Assembly: GCA_001821765.1 (NCBI GenBank)
Contig: MHOA01000006.1
Location: forward strand, 4,389 to 68,388
DNA from: Candidatus Ryanbacteria bacterium RIFCSPLOWO2_12_FULL_44_26
GTDB lineage: Bacteria > Patescibacteriota > Minisyncoccia > Ryanbacterales > HO2-45-13
Direction: 5' to 3'
Length of the DNA: 64,000 bases
A model generated the notes under the pieces. That model saw only the letters and a list, made by a program, of their open reading frames with translations. It ran no database searches and was not told the DNA's origin. The stretch's first letter is position 1. The number at the start of each line of letters is the position of its first letter. This document shows, in pieces, positions 10,255 through 20,614 of this stretch. The translations under genes and the position numbers were made by a program.

Positions 10255-11112
10255 ATGCAATATATGTCCGTAAAAAAACACAAACACTCCGCTCATCGGC
10301 TCAATCCAAACATTTTCATGGGGCAGCATTTTTTAACCGCACCAGCCGTTCTTCGCAACATCATCGCTGCGGCGAAATTGACAAAAAAAGATACGGTCAT
10401 TGAGATAGGGCCGGGCAAAGGCATTTTAACAGAGGCGCTTATGGGGAGGGTAAAAAAAGTTATTGCGATAGAAAAAGACAAGCGCCTTGTTGCATATCTA
10501 AAAGATGCATTTAAAAACGAAAAAAATGTTGACATTATTGAGGGAGACATTTTAGAAATCGCCTCTCATCCGCATTCCGTCATACACCCCGCACTACAAG
10601 AAACATATAAAATAGTCGCGAATCTGCCCTACTACATCACCTCGCGGTTTTTGCGGGTTTTTCTTTCTCCAAAAACCTTCGCTCCCCCAATCTCCATGAC
10701 GCTTCTGGTCCAAAAAGAGGTGGCCGAACGCATTGTTTTAAGGCACCGAGGCAAGGAAAAAATGAGCCTTTTGGGGCTTTCTGTCGGGGCATACGGCAGT
10801 CCGAACATCATCGCTTCGGTAAAGCCGTCCGCCTTCAAGCCCGCTCCAAAGGTTCACTCGGCTATTTTGTCCATTGAACACATATCCGATGCATTTTTTA
10901 AAAAACACCGCATAGACCCGCAAATATTTTTCTTCATCGCAAAGCAGGCCTTTTCCAAAAAAAGAAAGATGCTCAAATCTTCTCTTGGCATAAAAAATCC
11001 TGCGTACTGCAAAAAGCGGCCGGAGGAGCTTTCTTTGGACGAGTGGGCGATTTTAACGCGAGAGATACTGCACAATGAACAAAAAACAAACAATACGCCG
11101 GATTTTTCTTAA
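10255..11112 (+). CDS. rsmA: 16S rRNA adenine dimethyltransferase
   Basis: GQHFL, EIGPGKG, ANLPYYI and QKEVAER motifs. Confidence 0.96.
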   Translation: MQYMSVKKHKHSAHRLNPNIFMGQHFLTAPAVLRNIIAAAKLTKKDTVIEIGPGKGILTEALMGRVKKVIAIEKDKRLVAYLKDAFKNEKNVDIIEGDILEIASHPHSVIHPALQETYKIVANLPYYITSRFLRVFLSPKTFAPPISMTLLVQKEVAERIVLRHRGKEKMSLLGLSVGAYGSPNIIASVKPSAFKPAPKVHSAILSIEHISDAFFKKHRIDPQIFFFIAKQAFSKKRKMLKSSLGIKNPAYCKKRPEELSLDEWAILTREILHNEQKTNNTPDFS

Positions 11113-11151
11113 AAAAACTATCCAGTGGTTGTATACAATTTAATCCGCGCG

Positions 11152-11160
11152 TTATCCACA
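11152..11160 (+). promoter_or_regulatory. Perfect DnaA box; a near-match TTATCAACA lies at 11226-11234
   Basis: TTATCCACA in the intergenic region upstream of the T4SS-like operon. Confidence 0.65.
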
Positions 11161-11257
11161 TACATTCAAACGCTCTGAATGCGAATTTTGCTGATATAAT
11201 AAGGAAAGCGGAGCACTCCGGGTTATTATCAACAGACAACCGGGAGACCGCGGTGTT

Positions 11258-12214
11258 TTGGGTTACCTATCAATTAAAAAAGCCTTCGCAATTGTTCTTA
11301 GTCTCGCTTTGGCGGGGGGAATTTCCTTTTTTTATTTTGACCTGAAGGAAAAATTCCCCAAAAGTGCAAAAGAAGGCGGCATATCAAAACCAAAGATCAC
11401 CGCGCGCACAGGAAACGGTTTGCCCGTATCTTTGGAGAACGGGAGGGGCTGGCGGGAACTGCTTGAAGAGATCCGGTTAAATATTCCGCTTGGAGATCAA
11501 AAAAAACCACCGGATACACCAGTCCTCTTATACGACGAAAACACATTGACAGGAAAGCTGGCCCAGGCAACGGCGGAGCGCTATTTTGAGTTAAAAAAAC
11601 TCTCTCCAAACCTCCCCACATCGGTCATAAACCAAAAAGGGTTTTCCAAAGAAATCGCGGAAGAAATCACGGCGCTCTATCTTGCCAATGGAGCAAACCC
11701 CTATGCCCCAAACAGCATAGCGGTCATAAAAAATGCCGATGTGAACGATCGTCGCCGGTATCTAAACGCGCTCGCGTACGTGCTCAAAACAAACTTCCCC
11801 GCCGGCAATAAGAACAACAGCAATGCCGCAGAAGAGGTGCCGAAAGAAATATTAATCATTCTTTCTACGCTCAAGACAAAACAGTATGAAACTCTTTCCG
11901 ACTTAGATCCGTATATCGCCCATTATGTAAACGCCGCTAAAGGATTTATATCAATACCGGTGCCCGGGGACTACGTTCAGTTTCACCTGCGCCTTAGCAA
12001 TTCTTTCGCAAACGTTGCCTACGCGCTTCAGTCCATGCAGAAATCCGGAAGCGATCCGGTCACGGCCGTTATGGGAAGAAATCTGTATTCAACAGAGATT
12101 AACGCTTCTCGTATTCTTATGACGTACTTAAAGCTGCAAATAGAAAAAAACGAGTTTGTTTTTTCTGCAGAAGAAGACGGGCATTATTTTTACCAATATA
12201 TTAACAAGATTTAA
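11258..12214 (+). CDS. Hypothetical N-anchored membrane protein, first gene of the T4SS-like cluster
   Basis: 318-aa ORF with an N-terminal hydrophobic helix. Confidence 0.75.
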   Translation: MGYLSIKKAFAIVLSLALAGGISFFYFDLKEKFPKSAKEGGISKPKITARTGNGLPVSLENGRGWRELLEEIRLNIPLGDQKKPPDTPVLLYDENTLTGKLAQATAERYFELKKLSPNLPTSVINQKGFSKEIAEEITALYLANGANPYAPNSIAVIKNADVNDRRRYLNALAYVLKTNFPAGNKNNSNAAEEVPKEILIILSTLKTKQYETLSDLDPYIAHYVNAAKGFISIPVPGDYVQFHLRLSNSFANVAYALQSMQKSGSDPVTAVMGRNLYSTEINASRILMTYLKLQIEKNEFVFSAEEDGHYFYQYINKI

Positions 12215-12222
12215 TTGCGGCC

Positions 12223-13443
12223 ATGACAGTCTTTAAAAACAATGTTATGCAACGACACCATAGAGGCGCTTTGGCGATGCTGCTTTTGCCCGGATGTATG
12301 TTATTTATCCCAAGCTACGCCTTCGCGCAACTGCAGGTGCCGGTATGGGATGAAGCGTTAAGCGGCACATTTGACGGTGATTTTGCATGGTTTAAAAGAA
12401 GTTTTGGCAGAGATCCTTATAGTCCAAATAGCTTTCGGGAAGATTTCAATGAAACGTTTGACCAAGGAGGCCTCCTAGAGGCTCCCATTTCCCTCATAGA
12501 AACAGGGCTCGCTGACTTTGGTGGCGGGTGGTTTTATGACGCCTGGATGGCGACGTTCGGGCCGTATGGGTGGTTTACGCAAAAAGAAGTGGGGACCAAG
12601 GGCTACTATGAAATACTCGGCAGCGGACAGACACTTATAGATTCATGGGATTCAATAGGGTTCTATCAGGAAAAGGACTTATTGAGCGAGGTGTCCAGAA
12701 CAATAACGGCGTTTCTTCTGGAAAGCCGCTACTCGCTGGAAGGCGGCGGCGGAGTGGCAGAGCCGCTCTTTGTCACCTTCACGCCGGACTATATGGACGC
12801 CGAAACGGACAACACCGCGGGTGTGTTTCTCGGAGATCAGTCGCTTACAAACGTATGCGAACCGTTTACGGAAAGTGTGCGAATCGCATTGGCATATCAA
12901 AAAAATAAAGAACAGATTACCTTTAACGAAAAGGCGGACTGCACAAACTTTAATCTGGAAACCTATTACGACAGTTTTCTTGGCGGCGGAGGATGGGATA
13001 CGTGGACGGATTCTTTTGATCCGCAAAACAACTTTTATGGATCGCTGATCATTGCGGAAAGCGAATTTATAGAAAGGGAAAACATCACCAATGCGGAACT
13101 AACCACAGAGCTTATCGGCGGGCAAGGAGTGCTTGACCTTCAGGTGTGTGTGGAAGCGATTACAGAAGACGGTTTTCCGTGTAGCGCCTACCCGGACGAC
13201 GGGTGTTTCTGCAAGACATTTGTCACCCGTACACACGCAAAGTCGGTTCAACAGCTCTTTACGCCTGTTCAGGATGCAAATCTTGAAGTCCGTGGGGATT
13301 CAGACGAACTGACAGAAGACGCGGTGGACGCAATCCTTAGCGCAATTGTCCCGTACGAGAGATATGACAATTTCTATGAGGGTTTCTACCAAGAAACAAT
13401 AAATGGCCTGTGGAGAGACGGCGCACAATGGTATCTTCCTTAA
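12223..13443 (+). CDS. Acidic secreted protein, possibly VirB5-like
   Basis: Signal peptide ending AFA-Q, then VPVWD, which resembles the VirB5 N-terminal IPVxD; directly upstream of the VirB6-like gene. The CDS is solid; the function is speculative. Confidence 0.6.
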   Translation: MTVFKNNVMQRHHRGALAMLLLPGCMLFIPSYAFAQLQVPVWDEALSGTFDGDFAWFKRSFGRDPYSPNSFREDFNETFDQGGLLEAPISLIETGLADFGGGWFYDAWMATFGPYGWFTQKEVGTKGYYEILGSGQTLIDSWDSIGFYQEKDLLSEVSRTITAFLLESRYSLEGGGGVAEPLFVTFTPDYMDAETDNTAGVFLGDQSLTNVCEPFTESVRIALAYQKNKEQITFNEKADCTNFNLETYYDSFLGGGGWDTWTDSFDPQNNFYGSLIIAESEFIERENITNAELTTELIGGQGVLDLQVCVEAITEDGFPCSAYPDDGCFCKTFVTRTHAKSVQQLFTPVQDANLEVRGDSDELTEDAVDAILSAIVPYERYDNFYEGFYQETINGLWRDGAQWYLP

Positions 13444-13495
13444 ACGCCGCAACATTCCAAAAGCACCACGGCATGATCTTACACGCAAGCAACAC

Positions 13496-15853
13496 ATGGC
13501 GAAGAGCATAAAACACATCGCCTATCACAGAGTGACGGTGAAACACGTTGTATTTTTTCTGGCAACAGGAACGATTTTGGCGGCGCTGACCGTTCCGCAC
13601 ATCGCCTCTGCCGCCAGCGCTCCGTGCGACGCGTGGGGATTTATTAACATTAAATTCACTGCGGACTGCTTCTCGTGGATCATCTTAAACATATTATATT
13701 TGCCGCTCTACTTGGCGGGATGGCTGCTGCGGTTTGTTGCGGGATTTTTTGACATCGCCGTAAACATTTCCATCCAAAACGGCGCGTACGATCCCGGAGC
13801 CATCCCTGTTATCGGCCTTGGGTGGGGCATCACCAGAGATGTCGCGACCATGTTTCTTATTTTTATACTCCTTATCATTGCCATCGGCATTATCCTCCGG
13901 CTCGAGCGATTCGGATCAAAACAAATTCTCACCTATTTAATCATTGTGGGCCTCCTCATCAACTTCAGCCTGCCTATTTCACAGCTTGTTATTGACGCGT
14001 CAAACGTTCTTGCCCTTACGTTCTATAACGGCTTAGCGGCCAATGCCGGAGCGAGTCCCGCGCCCGCCGCCGTTGGAGGGCTTTTTCCGGCTCCGGCCGG
14101 TATTGCGGGCGTATTTGTTGAAGGACTGGCTCCTCAAAAAACACTGGAAACAGGAAGAACAGCTCCCGGCACCGAAATACTATCGGCGGACGGGGGGGCG
14201 CTGGTTTTAAAGGTGCTCTTGAACGGTATTATTTCGATGCTCATGGGAATTGCTATTATTCTTACTGCCGCGTTCGTCCTCGGCGCGCTTGGAATTCTTT
14301 TTATCATACGGATGGTCGTCCTTTGGATAATCATGATTCTCGCTCCCCTTGCATTTATCGCCATGATACTTCCCGTCACCCGCAGCTACGCGACAAGATG
14401 GTGGCGGAAACTTTTTGAACAGTCCTTCTTTGCTCCTTTTGCGCTTTTTTTCTTCTATCTGGTTGGGAAAGTCATTGAGAGCGGATTTTTAAAAAACGTA
14501 TTTGGAGTTACCGGAAACACGATGGTTACTGATGCCGCGGCGATGTCCGTACTTGTCTCAAATGTCAGAATTATCGCGCAGTATATTGCGCTTATTGTGC
14601 TGCTTATTGCGTCACTCATCGTTTCAAAAGAGCTGAGCGCTTATGGGGCCACTACAGCATTGGCGACGGGGCGCAAAGCCGGAAAGAGCGCGCAAGGCGC
14701 GGCTGGGCGAGCCGCCAGAAGAACGGCGCTTCGGGCCGCCGGCGCTGTTGCCGGAGGGGTCGCGGCGACGAGAGCCGGCAGAGCTGTTATGAACATTGTT
14801 CCCGGGGGGCGGGCGGGCGTACAGCGCGCGATGAGCGAGGGCGCCGAAGCAAGGGACTACAGAGCCAAACAAGAAGCCGAGCGGGTAAAGAATCTCTCTC
14901 CATATGACCTTGCAAGAGCCGCTCCAACGCTGACGCCCGAGGCGCGAGCAAGACTCTTTAAAGGGTGGAGACCGGAACAGCGGGAAAAATATGTAGCAGA
15001 GCTGGAAAAACGCGGGGAGTTGAGTAGTTTTGTAAAAAGCGTTACTGGGGTGGCCAAGGGCGGGGGCGGGGAGCGTTACGCTGGAATTGAAAAAGATCTG
15101 GCAAAATCGGTCGCGCCGCACAACGCAGAAGAGGCACTTAAAATTTCAAACCCCGACGTATTCATCACCACTTCGGGAGGCGAAGAAAGGCTTCCCGAAT
15201 TTGAAAAAGGAGAAGCGGCAAGCGAACGGGCGCAACGGGCGGCAAACGACCTTTTTGCATCTCTTACTCCGGAACAGCGCGCAAAGATCACGCGCGGCAT
15301 CGGCGCCGCCGACACCAATATCGGGAAACGCTACCGCGAGTACATAACACAACAAGGAAAACTGAATGAATTTACGGCTGATCGCGAAACCATAAAACAC
15401 ACCAATCGGATGCTTAACCAAATAGCGGCCGACTACGACGTGGACGTAACAGTGCACATGGAAGAGGCGAGAAAGGAGGCGGAATTTTCCAAAATGAAAG
15501 CCGCCGCGGAATCAAAGGGTATTTCCACAAAAGTACAGGTGGAAAGCCCCGGACGGAAGATAGGAGAGGACAAAACGCACGAGGAGTTAAAACGCGAACT
15601 TGAGTTCGCCGGAGCAAAGGTTGAAGTAACCAATGAGGAGGTTGAGGAAATCGCCAAGCAGAAAACTCTCGCTAAAGTGCAGGAGCGGCTCCGACGGGAA
15701 GGAAAGGGGCAGTTTGCAGACCAACTCTCATCCAATATGGGGACACAGCTATTCTTCAGCCCCAAGCGAGTAGAGATTCGCGGGGGGGAAGAAAAGAAAG
15801 AGAGCGTCACGCGCGAAGATGTTGAGGAAATGATGGAAAGTAAAAAAACATAA
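13496..15853 (+). CDS. VirB6/TrbL-like polytopic membrane protein with a long charged C-terminal tail (start uncertain)
   Basis: Multiple TM helices; GWGITRD, LLINFS and RMVVLWIIMILAPLAF...WWRKL patterns of VirB6-like proteins; located next to PrgI and VirB4. Confidence 0.75.
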   Translation: MAKSIKHIAYHRVTVKHVVFFLATGTILAALTVPHIASAASAPCDAWGFINIKFTADCFSWIILNILYLPLYLAGWLLRFVAGFFDIAVNISIQNGAYDPGAIPVIGLGWGITRDVATMFLIFILLIIAIGIILRLERFGSKQILTYLIIVGLLINFSLPISQLVIDASNVLALTFYNGLAANAGASPAPAAVGGLFPAPAGIAGVFVEGLAPQKTLETGRTAPGTEILSADGGALVLKVLLNGIISMLMGIAIILTAAFVLGALGILFIIRMVVLWIIMILAPLAFIAMILPVTRSYATRWWRKLFEQSFFAPFALFFFYLVGKVIESGFLKNVFGVTGNTMVTDAAAMSVLVSNVRIIAQYIALIVLLIASLIVSKELSAYGATTALATGRKAGKSAQGAAGRAARRTALRAAGAVAGGVAATRAGRAVMNIVPGGRAGVQRAMSEGAEARDYRAKQEAERVKNLSPYDLARAAPTLTPEARARLFKGWRPEQREKYVAELEKRGELSSFVKSVTGVAKGGGGERYAGIEKDLAKSVAPHNAEEALKISNPDVFITTSGGEERLPEFEKGEAASERAQRAANDLFASLTPEQRAKITRGIGAADTNIGKRYREYITQQGKLNEFTADRETIKHTNRMLNQIAADYDVDVTVHMEEARKEAEFSKMKAAAESKGISTKVQVESPGRKIGEDKTHEELKRELEFAGAKVEVTNEEVEEIAKQKTLAKVQERLRREGKGQFADQLSSNMGTQLFFSPKRVEIRGGEEKKESVTREDVEEMMESKKT

Positions 15854-15864
15854 ATATACATTAT

Positions 15865-16785
15865 ATGAAATATTATTCTAAGGAAACGCTCCTCGACCGG
15901 TATGAAAAACTCCCCCAAGAGCTGAAGGGCGCGATATTTGCGCAAGTGAATACCGACAATTTGTTAAAAATAGGAAGGAACAACAATCTTACATTTGACC
16001 AGATAGGCGCGATGGCCAGGGAAACCGGCTATGTCATTCTCGGCATTACACATCCCGCACGCTTTGTATACAAACTGAAAGAAAGTCTCAATATTGACAC
16101 CGCGAGGGCCAATGCCGTGGCGCGCGACATAAACAGGGAAATATTCCGTTCAATCTGGACAAATCTTCGCGAGGTCCACAACATCAAAGATGCCGCGACA
16201 TCTGATGAGGTGGTTGCGGGGAAAAAAGAGGGCGCGAGAACGCCAGCCCCCCAAAAAACGGAAACACCAACCGCTGAACGGGCTATAAACGCTCAACCAG
16301 AAACGGCAACACAAAAAGTGGCGCCCATGGTATTGCCCCAAAAGCCGCCCGCTACAAAAAAAGAACAAACAACACAAGAACAGATCCCCCCTCAAACCGA
16401 TGAACTATTTATCCCGATATTAAGAAAGGTTGCGCCTCCAGCGCGGGAGACGCCCGACGCCGAATACAAAAAAGAAGACGCGGAAGACGGACGAAGCGAA
16501 AAAGTTCAATTAGAACAGAGCGTCGTCATGCCGGAAAAAAAATTACAAGAAACAGTCGGGGCAGAAACACAACAAACGACATTCGCCCCTCTCCCCGAAA
16601 AATCCGAGACAGGCGAAAAAAGCGTTCCACAAGAACGCGCAACCCCGGAGCAACAAACACAAAAAGATATCAAAATGGTCTTCCCGGAAAAGTTTGCCGC
16701 AAAAAGCCCACCGGAGCAAAAAGACCAATCCAAAGAGTCTCCGCCTCCGCCCAAAATAGACCCTTACCGTGAATCGATAGAATAG
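15865..16785 (+). CDS. Hypothetical protein: globular N-terminus, P/E/K/T-rich linker, C-terminal DPYRESIE
   Basis: 306-aa ORF within the operon. Confidence 0.75.
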   Translation: MKYYSKETLLDRYEKLPQELKGAIFAQVNTDNLLKIGRNNNLTFDQIGAMARETGYVILGITHPARFVYKLKESLNIDTARANAVARDINREIFRSIWTNLREVHNIKDAATSDEVVAGKKEGARTPAPQKTETPTAERAINAQPETATQKVAPMVLPQKPPATKKEQTTQEQIPPQTDELFIPILRKVAPPARETPDAEYKKEDAEDGRSEKVQLEQSVVMPEKKLQETVGAETQQTTFAPLPEKSETGEKSVPQERATPEQQTQKDIKMVFPEKFAAKSPPEQKDQSKESPPPPKIDPYRESIE

Positions 16786-16851
16786 AACAAATTACTCATT
16801 AACCTATGTACAGCTACATATTATTCGCAAAGCTCTAAAATTCAGGTACAT

Positions 16852-17271
16852 ATGCAACAATTTCAGGTTCCACAATTCATTGACGTTGAGGATAAGATTA
16901 TAGGGCCGCTTACGCTAAAACAGTTTATATTTCTTGTTGTTGGCGGCGTGCTCGCTTACTTTATCAAGCGGGTGTTTCCGGACATTATATTCTGGGCGGT
17001 TGTCATTCCTATGGGGGGCGCGGTTGCCGCTTTGGCATTCTTAAAAGTAAACGGGCGGCCGCTTTCCCACACCGTCATCAGCGCCTTTAAGTTCTATGCC
17101 ACCTCTCGTCTGTACCTGTGGAGAAAAGGACAGAAAAAGAAACCATTGAAAGAAAAAACAAAACAGGAAGTGCGGCCCCTTGGGCAAATCGTCGGGCCGA
17201 AATTAACAAAAAGAAGACTGGAAGACCTGGCATGGAGTCTGGACGTTCATGAAAAGTTTAAACGCCAATAA
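16852..17271 (+). CDS. PrgI family protein (VirB3-like)
   Basis: FQVPQFIDVEDKIIGPLTLKQF followed by two TM helices. Confidence 0.9.
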   Translation: MQQFQVPQFIDVEDKIIGPLTLKQFIFLVVGGVLAYFIKRVFPDIIFWAVVIPMGGAVAALAFLKVNGRPLSHTVISAFKFYATSRLYLWRKGQKKKPLKEKTKQEVRPLGQIVGPKLTKRRLEDLAWSLDVHEKFKRQ

Positions 17272-17288
17272 TATGGTACAAATATAAT

Positions 17289-18008
17289 ATGTGGGAAGGG
17301 GCGCTAAAAAGCGCAAAACCAACTCAAGAAATCGTGCCGATAGAGGAGGTGCGGGATGGGATTGTGGTGTTAAAAAACAAAGGGCTTCGTTCCATTCTTA
17401 TGGCGTCCAGCATCAATTTTGCGCTGAAGTCTGCAGAAGAACAGGATGCCATTATTGTGCAGTTTCAAAATCTTCTAAACACCCTTGACTTCTCGCTCCA
17501 GTTTTTTATTCAATCCCGGCGGCTAAGAATTGAGCCGTATCTGGACCTGCTTCGGGAGAGACTGAAAGAACAGGCCAATGAACTGCTCCGCATCCAAACA
17601 ACAGAGTACATTGAATTTATTAAAAGTCTCGTTGAGAATTCTGACATCGTATCAAAAACATTTTATGTTGTGGTCCCTATAGACCCTGTTATTGTCGATA
17701 TAAAAGTCGGCTTTATTGATAAACTGTTCGGGAAACAAAAACAGCAAGATGGGGGCGGCAGGGGCCTTCCGCAAGAAAAATTTGAAGAATACCGCTATCA
17801 GCTTATCCAACGGGTAGATATTGTACATCAGAGCCTGCTTCGCTTTGGGGTAAGGGCCGTTCCTTTAAACACGGAGGAGATCATTGAGCTGTTTTACAAT
17901 TTATACAATCCCGGAGAAAGCAAAGAAGGAACAATGCCGGAAATAGGCGTGAAGACCGATATAGCGCCCGTAAAAGAAAGTATCAATGATGCGTATGGCT
18001 TTATTTAG
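17289..18008 (+). CDS. VirB4/TraC N-terminal-like protein (no ATPase domain)
   Basis: SINFALKSAEEQDAI...FQNLLNTLDF...ELFYNLYNP; sits between prgI and virB4. Confidence 0.75.
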   Translation: MWEGALKSAKPTQEIVPIEEVRDGIVVLKNKGLRSILMASSINFALKSAEEQDAIIVQFQNLLNTLDFSLQFFIQSRRLRIEPYLDLLRERLKEQANELLRIQTTEYIEFIKSLVENSDIVSKTFYVVVPIDPVIVDIKVGFIDKLFGKQKQQDGGGRGLPQEKFEEYRYQLIQRVDIVHQSLLRFGVRAVPLNTEEIIELFYNLYNPGESKEGTMPEIGVKTDIAPVKESINDAYGFI

Positions 18009-19815
18009 ACGAGCAAAAAAAGCAGAAGCAGAACAGATGCTTCCCATCTATCCGCAGGAAATATTTGAAGCGGGACTCCTGGACTTAAAGGACGTCTTGG
18101 CTCCTTCCGCGTTTGAGGTCAGCCCGAGCGATATGCGGCTTGGGCAGAAATTCGTACAAACAATATTTGTTTTCTCGTATCCGAGATTTCTTGCAACCAA
18201 CTGGTTTTCCGGCGTTCTGAACCTAGACAAAGAGTTTGATGTTTCCCTTTTTGTGCATCCTGTTGATACCGCGATGATGCTAAGGAGGCTTAGAAAAAAA
18301 GTCGCGGAGGTTCAATCCCAGATTACAGAACGCGAAGAAAAAGGGCTGGTAAGAGACCCTATGCTGGACACCGCCTACCGTGATCTGGAAGACCTTAGAG
18401 ACAAACTCATGCAGGCGCGTGAGCACCTTTTCTCTTTTGGTCTTTACATCACCATCTATGCGGATTCAAAAAGAGATTTGGAGAAGACGGCATCACTGGT
18501 CCGCTCAATGCTTGACGCCAGACTCGTGCTTACGAAGCCGGCATTGTTTCAGCAAAAAGAGGGACTCAATTCCGTTTTCCCGCTGGCAATGGATCAGCTG
18601 AACGTGAACAATTATATGAACTCCGCTCCGCTCTCAAGCGTGTTCCCGTTCACCTCTTTTGACCTTACCTCAAACAAAGGAATACTCTTTGGCATAAACC
18701 GCCACAACAGCTCTCTGGTCCTTTTTGATCGATTCAGTTTTGAAAACTATAACTCCGTTGTCTTTGCAAAGTCTGGGTCGGGAAAATCCTATACGGCAAA
18801 GTTAGAGATTTTGCGTTCGCTTATGCTGGACACCGATGTCATTGTTATAGATCCGGAACGAGAATATGAATATCTCGCTGAAACGGTGGGCGGGAGGTAT
18901 TTCAATATTGCTTTGACTTCAAAACACCACATCAACCCCTTTGATCTTCCTCCTCCACGCGAAGACGAATCTCCGACCGACATTCTTCGTTCACATGTGA
19001 TAAGTCTTGTGGGACTATTTAGAATCATGCTCGGCGGGCTCACTCCTGAAGAGGACGCGATCCTTGACCGTTCAATTAACGAAACCTATGCATCAAAAGA
19101 CATAACGCCGGAAACTGACTTTTCAAAAAAACCCCCTCCGCTGCTTTCCGACCTGGAACTGGTGCTTGCCAGCATGGTCGGCGCCGAATCGCTGGCAATA
19201 CGCCTTAGGAAATTCACCACCGGCACGTGGGGCGGGTTTATCAATCAACACACCAACGTTGACGTTCACAACCAGCTCGTCGTGTTTTCGGTGAGGGACA
19301 TGGAAGACGAACTGCGACCGGTCGCGATGTATTTGATTGTTCAATTCGTTTGGGGGGCAATTCGAAGAGAAATGAAAAAACGGCTTCTCGTGGTAGATGA
19401 GGCGTGGTGGATTATGAAAACTGAAGATGGCGCCTCGTTCCTGTACGGACTTGCGAAGCGGGCACGTAAATATTATCTCGGACTTGCAACGATAACGCAG
19501 GATGTCGCTGACTTTATGGGCTCTCCTTACGGGAAACCCATCATCACAAACTCCTCTATTCAGATGTTGCTCAAACAGTCCCCGGGCACCATTGATGTCG
19601 TGCAAAAAACTTTTAATCTCACCGAGGAGGAAAAATTTTTGCTCCTTGAATCCGACGTGGGGGAGGGAATATTCTTCGCCGGATTAAAACATGTCGCAAT
19701 AAAGATCATTGCCTCATATACCGAGCACCAAATTATCACCTCCGATCCGTCGGAACTTTTGGCCATTAAAAAAGCAAAAGAGGAATATATGGCAAATAAA
19801 GGGGGCAATGTTTAA
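17986..19815 (+). CDS. VirB4-like type IV secretion ATPase
   Basis: Walker A AKSGSGKS, IDPEREY, INPFD, Walker B VVDEAW and RARKY...ITQ motifs. Confidence 0.92.
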   Translation: MMRMALFRRAKKAEAEQMLPIYPQEIFEAGLLDLKDVLAPSAFEVSPSDMRLGQKFVQTIFVFSYPRFLATNWFSGVLNLDKEFDVSLFVHPVDTAMMLRRLRKKVAEVQSQITEREEKGLVRDPMLDTAYRDLEDLRDKLMQAREHLFSFGLYITIYADSKRDLEKTASLVRSMLDARLVLTKPALFQQKEGLNSVFPLAMDQLNVNNYMNSAPLSSVFPFTSFDLTSNKGILFGINRHNSSLVLFDRFSFENYNSVVFAKSGSGKSYTAKLEILRSLMLDTDVIVIDPEREYEYLAETVGGRYFNIALTSKHHINPFDLPPPREDESPTDILRSHVISLVGLFRIMLGGLTPEEDAILDRSINETYASKDITPETDFSKKPPPLLSDLELVLASMVGAESLAIRLRKFTTGTWGGFINQHTNVDVHNQLVVFSVRDMEDELRPVAMYLIVQFVWGAIRREMKKRLLVVDEAWWIMKTEDGASFLYGLAKRARKYYLGLATITQDVADFMGSPYGKPIITNSSIQMLLKQSPGTIDVVQKTFNLTEEEKFLLLESDVGEGIFFAGLKHVAIKIIASYTEHQIITSDPSELLAIKKAKEEYMANKGGNV

Positions 19816-19821
19816 AGACGC

Positions 19822-20607
19822 TTGCTCGCATTGATCAATATGGACGAACAACGCACAACGGGACAACAGAGCGAAGAACAGCGACCAGAGCGCGCAATGG
19901 AAAATCGTCGGCTCTCAGGGCTTAACCGCGCTCGGCGCGGGGGCTTAAGAGAATCACTCAGCTTGGTTAAAGAAGCGGCGCACACCACAAAAGCGATTGC
20001 GGAATCGACTGTTGCTATCGGGGCTGTCATCGCCGCAATTCCCACAGGAGGAAGGTCTCTGAATGTTGCGCGCGTGGCAGCGCGTGCGGCGATCAAAGAC
20101 GTCACGCGCGCCGTGCGTGAGCATCGCCGCCGCACGAAAATGAGAGAAAAAAGAAACCGCGAGGATGGTGGAATGCGAGAAAAAAAACAAGACATTCCAC
20201 TTGTAGAAGGAGCGCTATTCGCCGGGTTTCTGTTTTTTCTTTTTGACGTGCCGCAGATGATACTTGCTCTTTTTATTATCGGCATTTTTCTAAACTGGAT
20301 TATAAGCCTCTTCGGCTGGCTCGCTGTTTATATATGGCTAAAAAGAAAAGGGTATTCATTGCTTGATATAAATGATATAAAAAAAGGGTATGGCTCATTG
20401 CTCTTTTTGTTCTCTGGGATGGCCGGAGCGGACGTTGCCACTTTGATTGCGCCGTGCCTCGCCCTTTTTGTTATTATATTTGTTTTGAAAATAAAAGCGG
20501 AAAGGCTCCTTGCAAGGGTGATCGGCAACAAGTCAGCGCAAAAAGCATTATATCCAACATCAAGTCTGGCTGGGCCGCTGATGCTAAATCAAAACACTAA
20601 AAAATAA
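19822..20607 (+). CDS. Hypothetical membrane protein
   Basis: Arg-rich N-terminus followed by 3-4 TM helices. Confidence 0.7.
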   Translation: MLALINMDEQRTTGQQSEEQRPERAMENRRLSGLNRARRGGLRESLSLVKEAAHTTKAIAESTVAIGAVIAAIPTGGRSLNVARVAARAAIKDVTRAVREHRRRTKMREKRNREDGGMREKKQDIPLVEGALFAGFLFFLFDVPQMILALFIIGIFLNWIISLFGWLAVYIWLKRKGYSLLDINDIKKGYGSLLFLFSGMAGADVATLIAPCLALFVIIFVLKIKAERLLARVIGNKSAQKALYPTSSLAGPLMLNQNTKK

Positions 20608-20614
20608 AAGCGCC

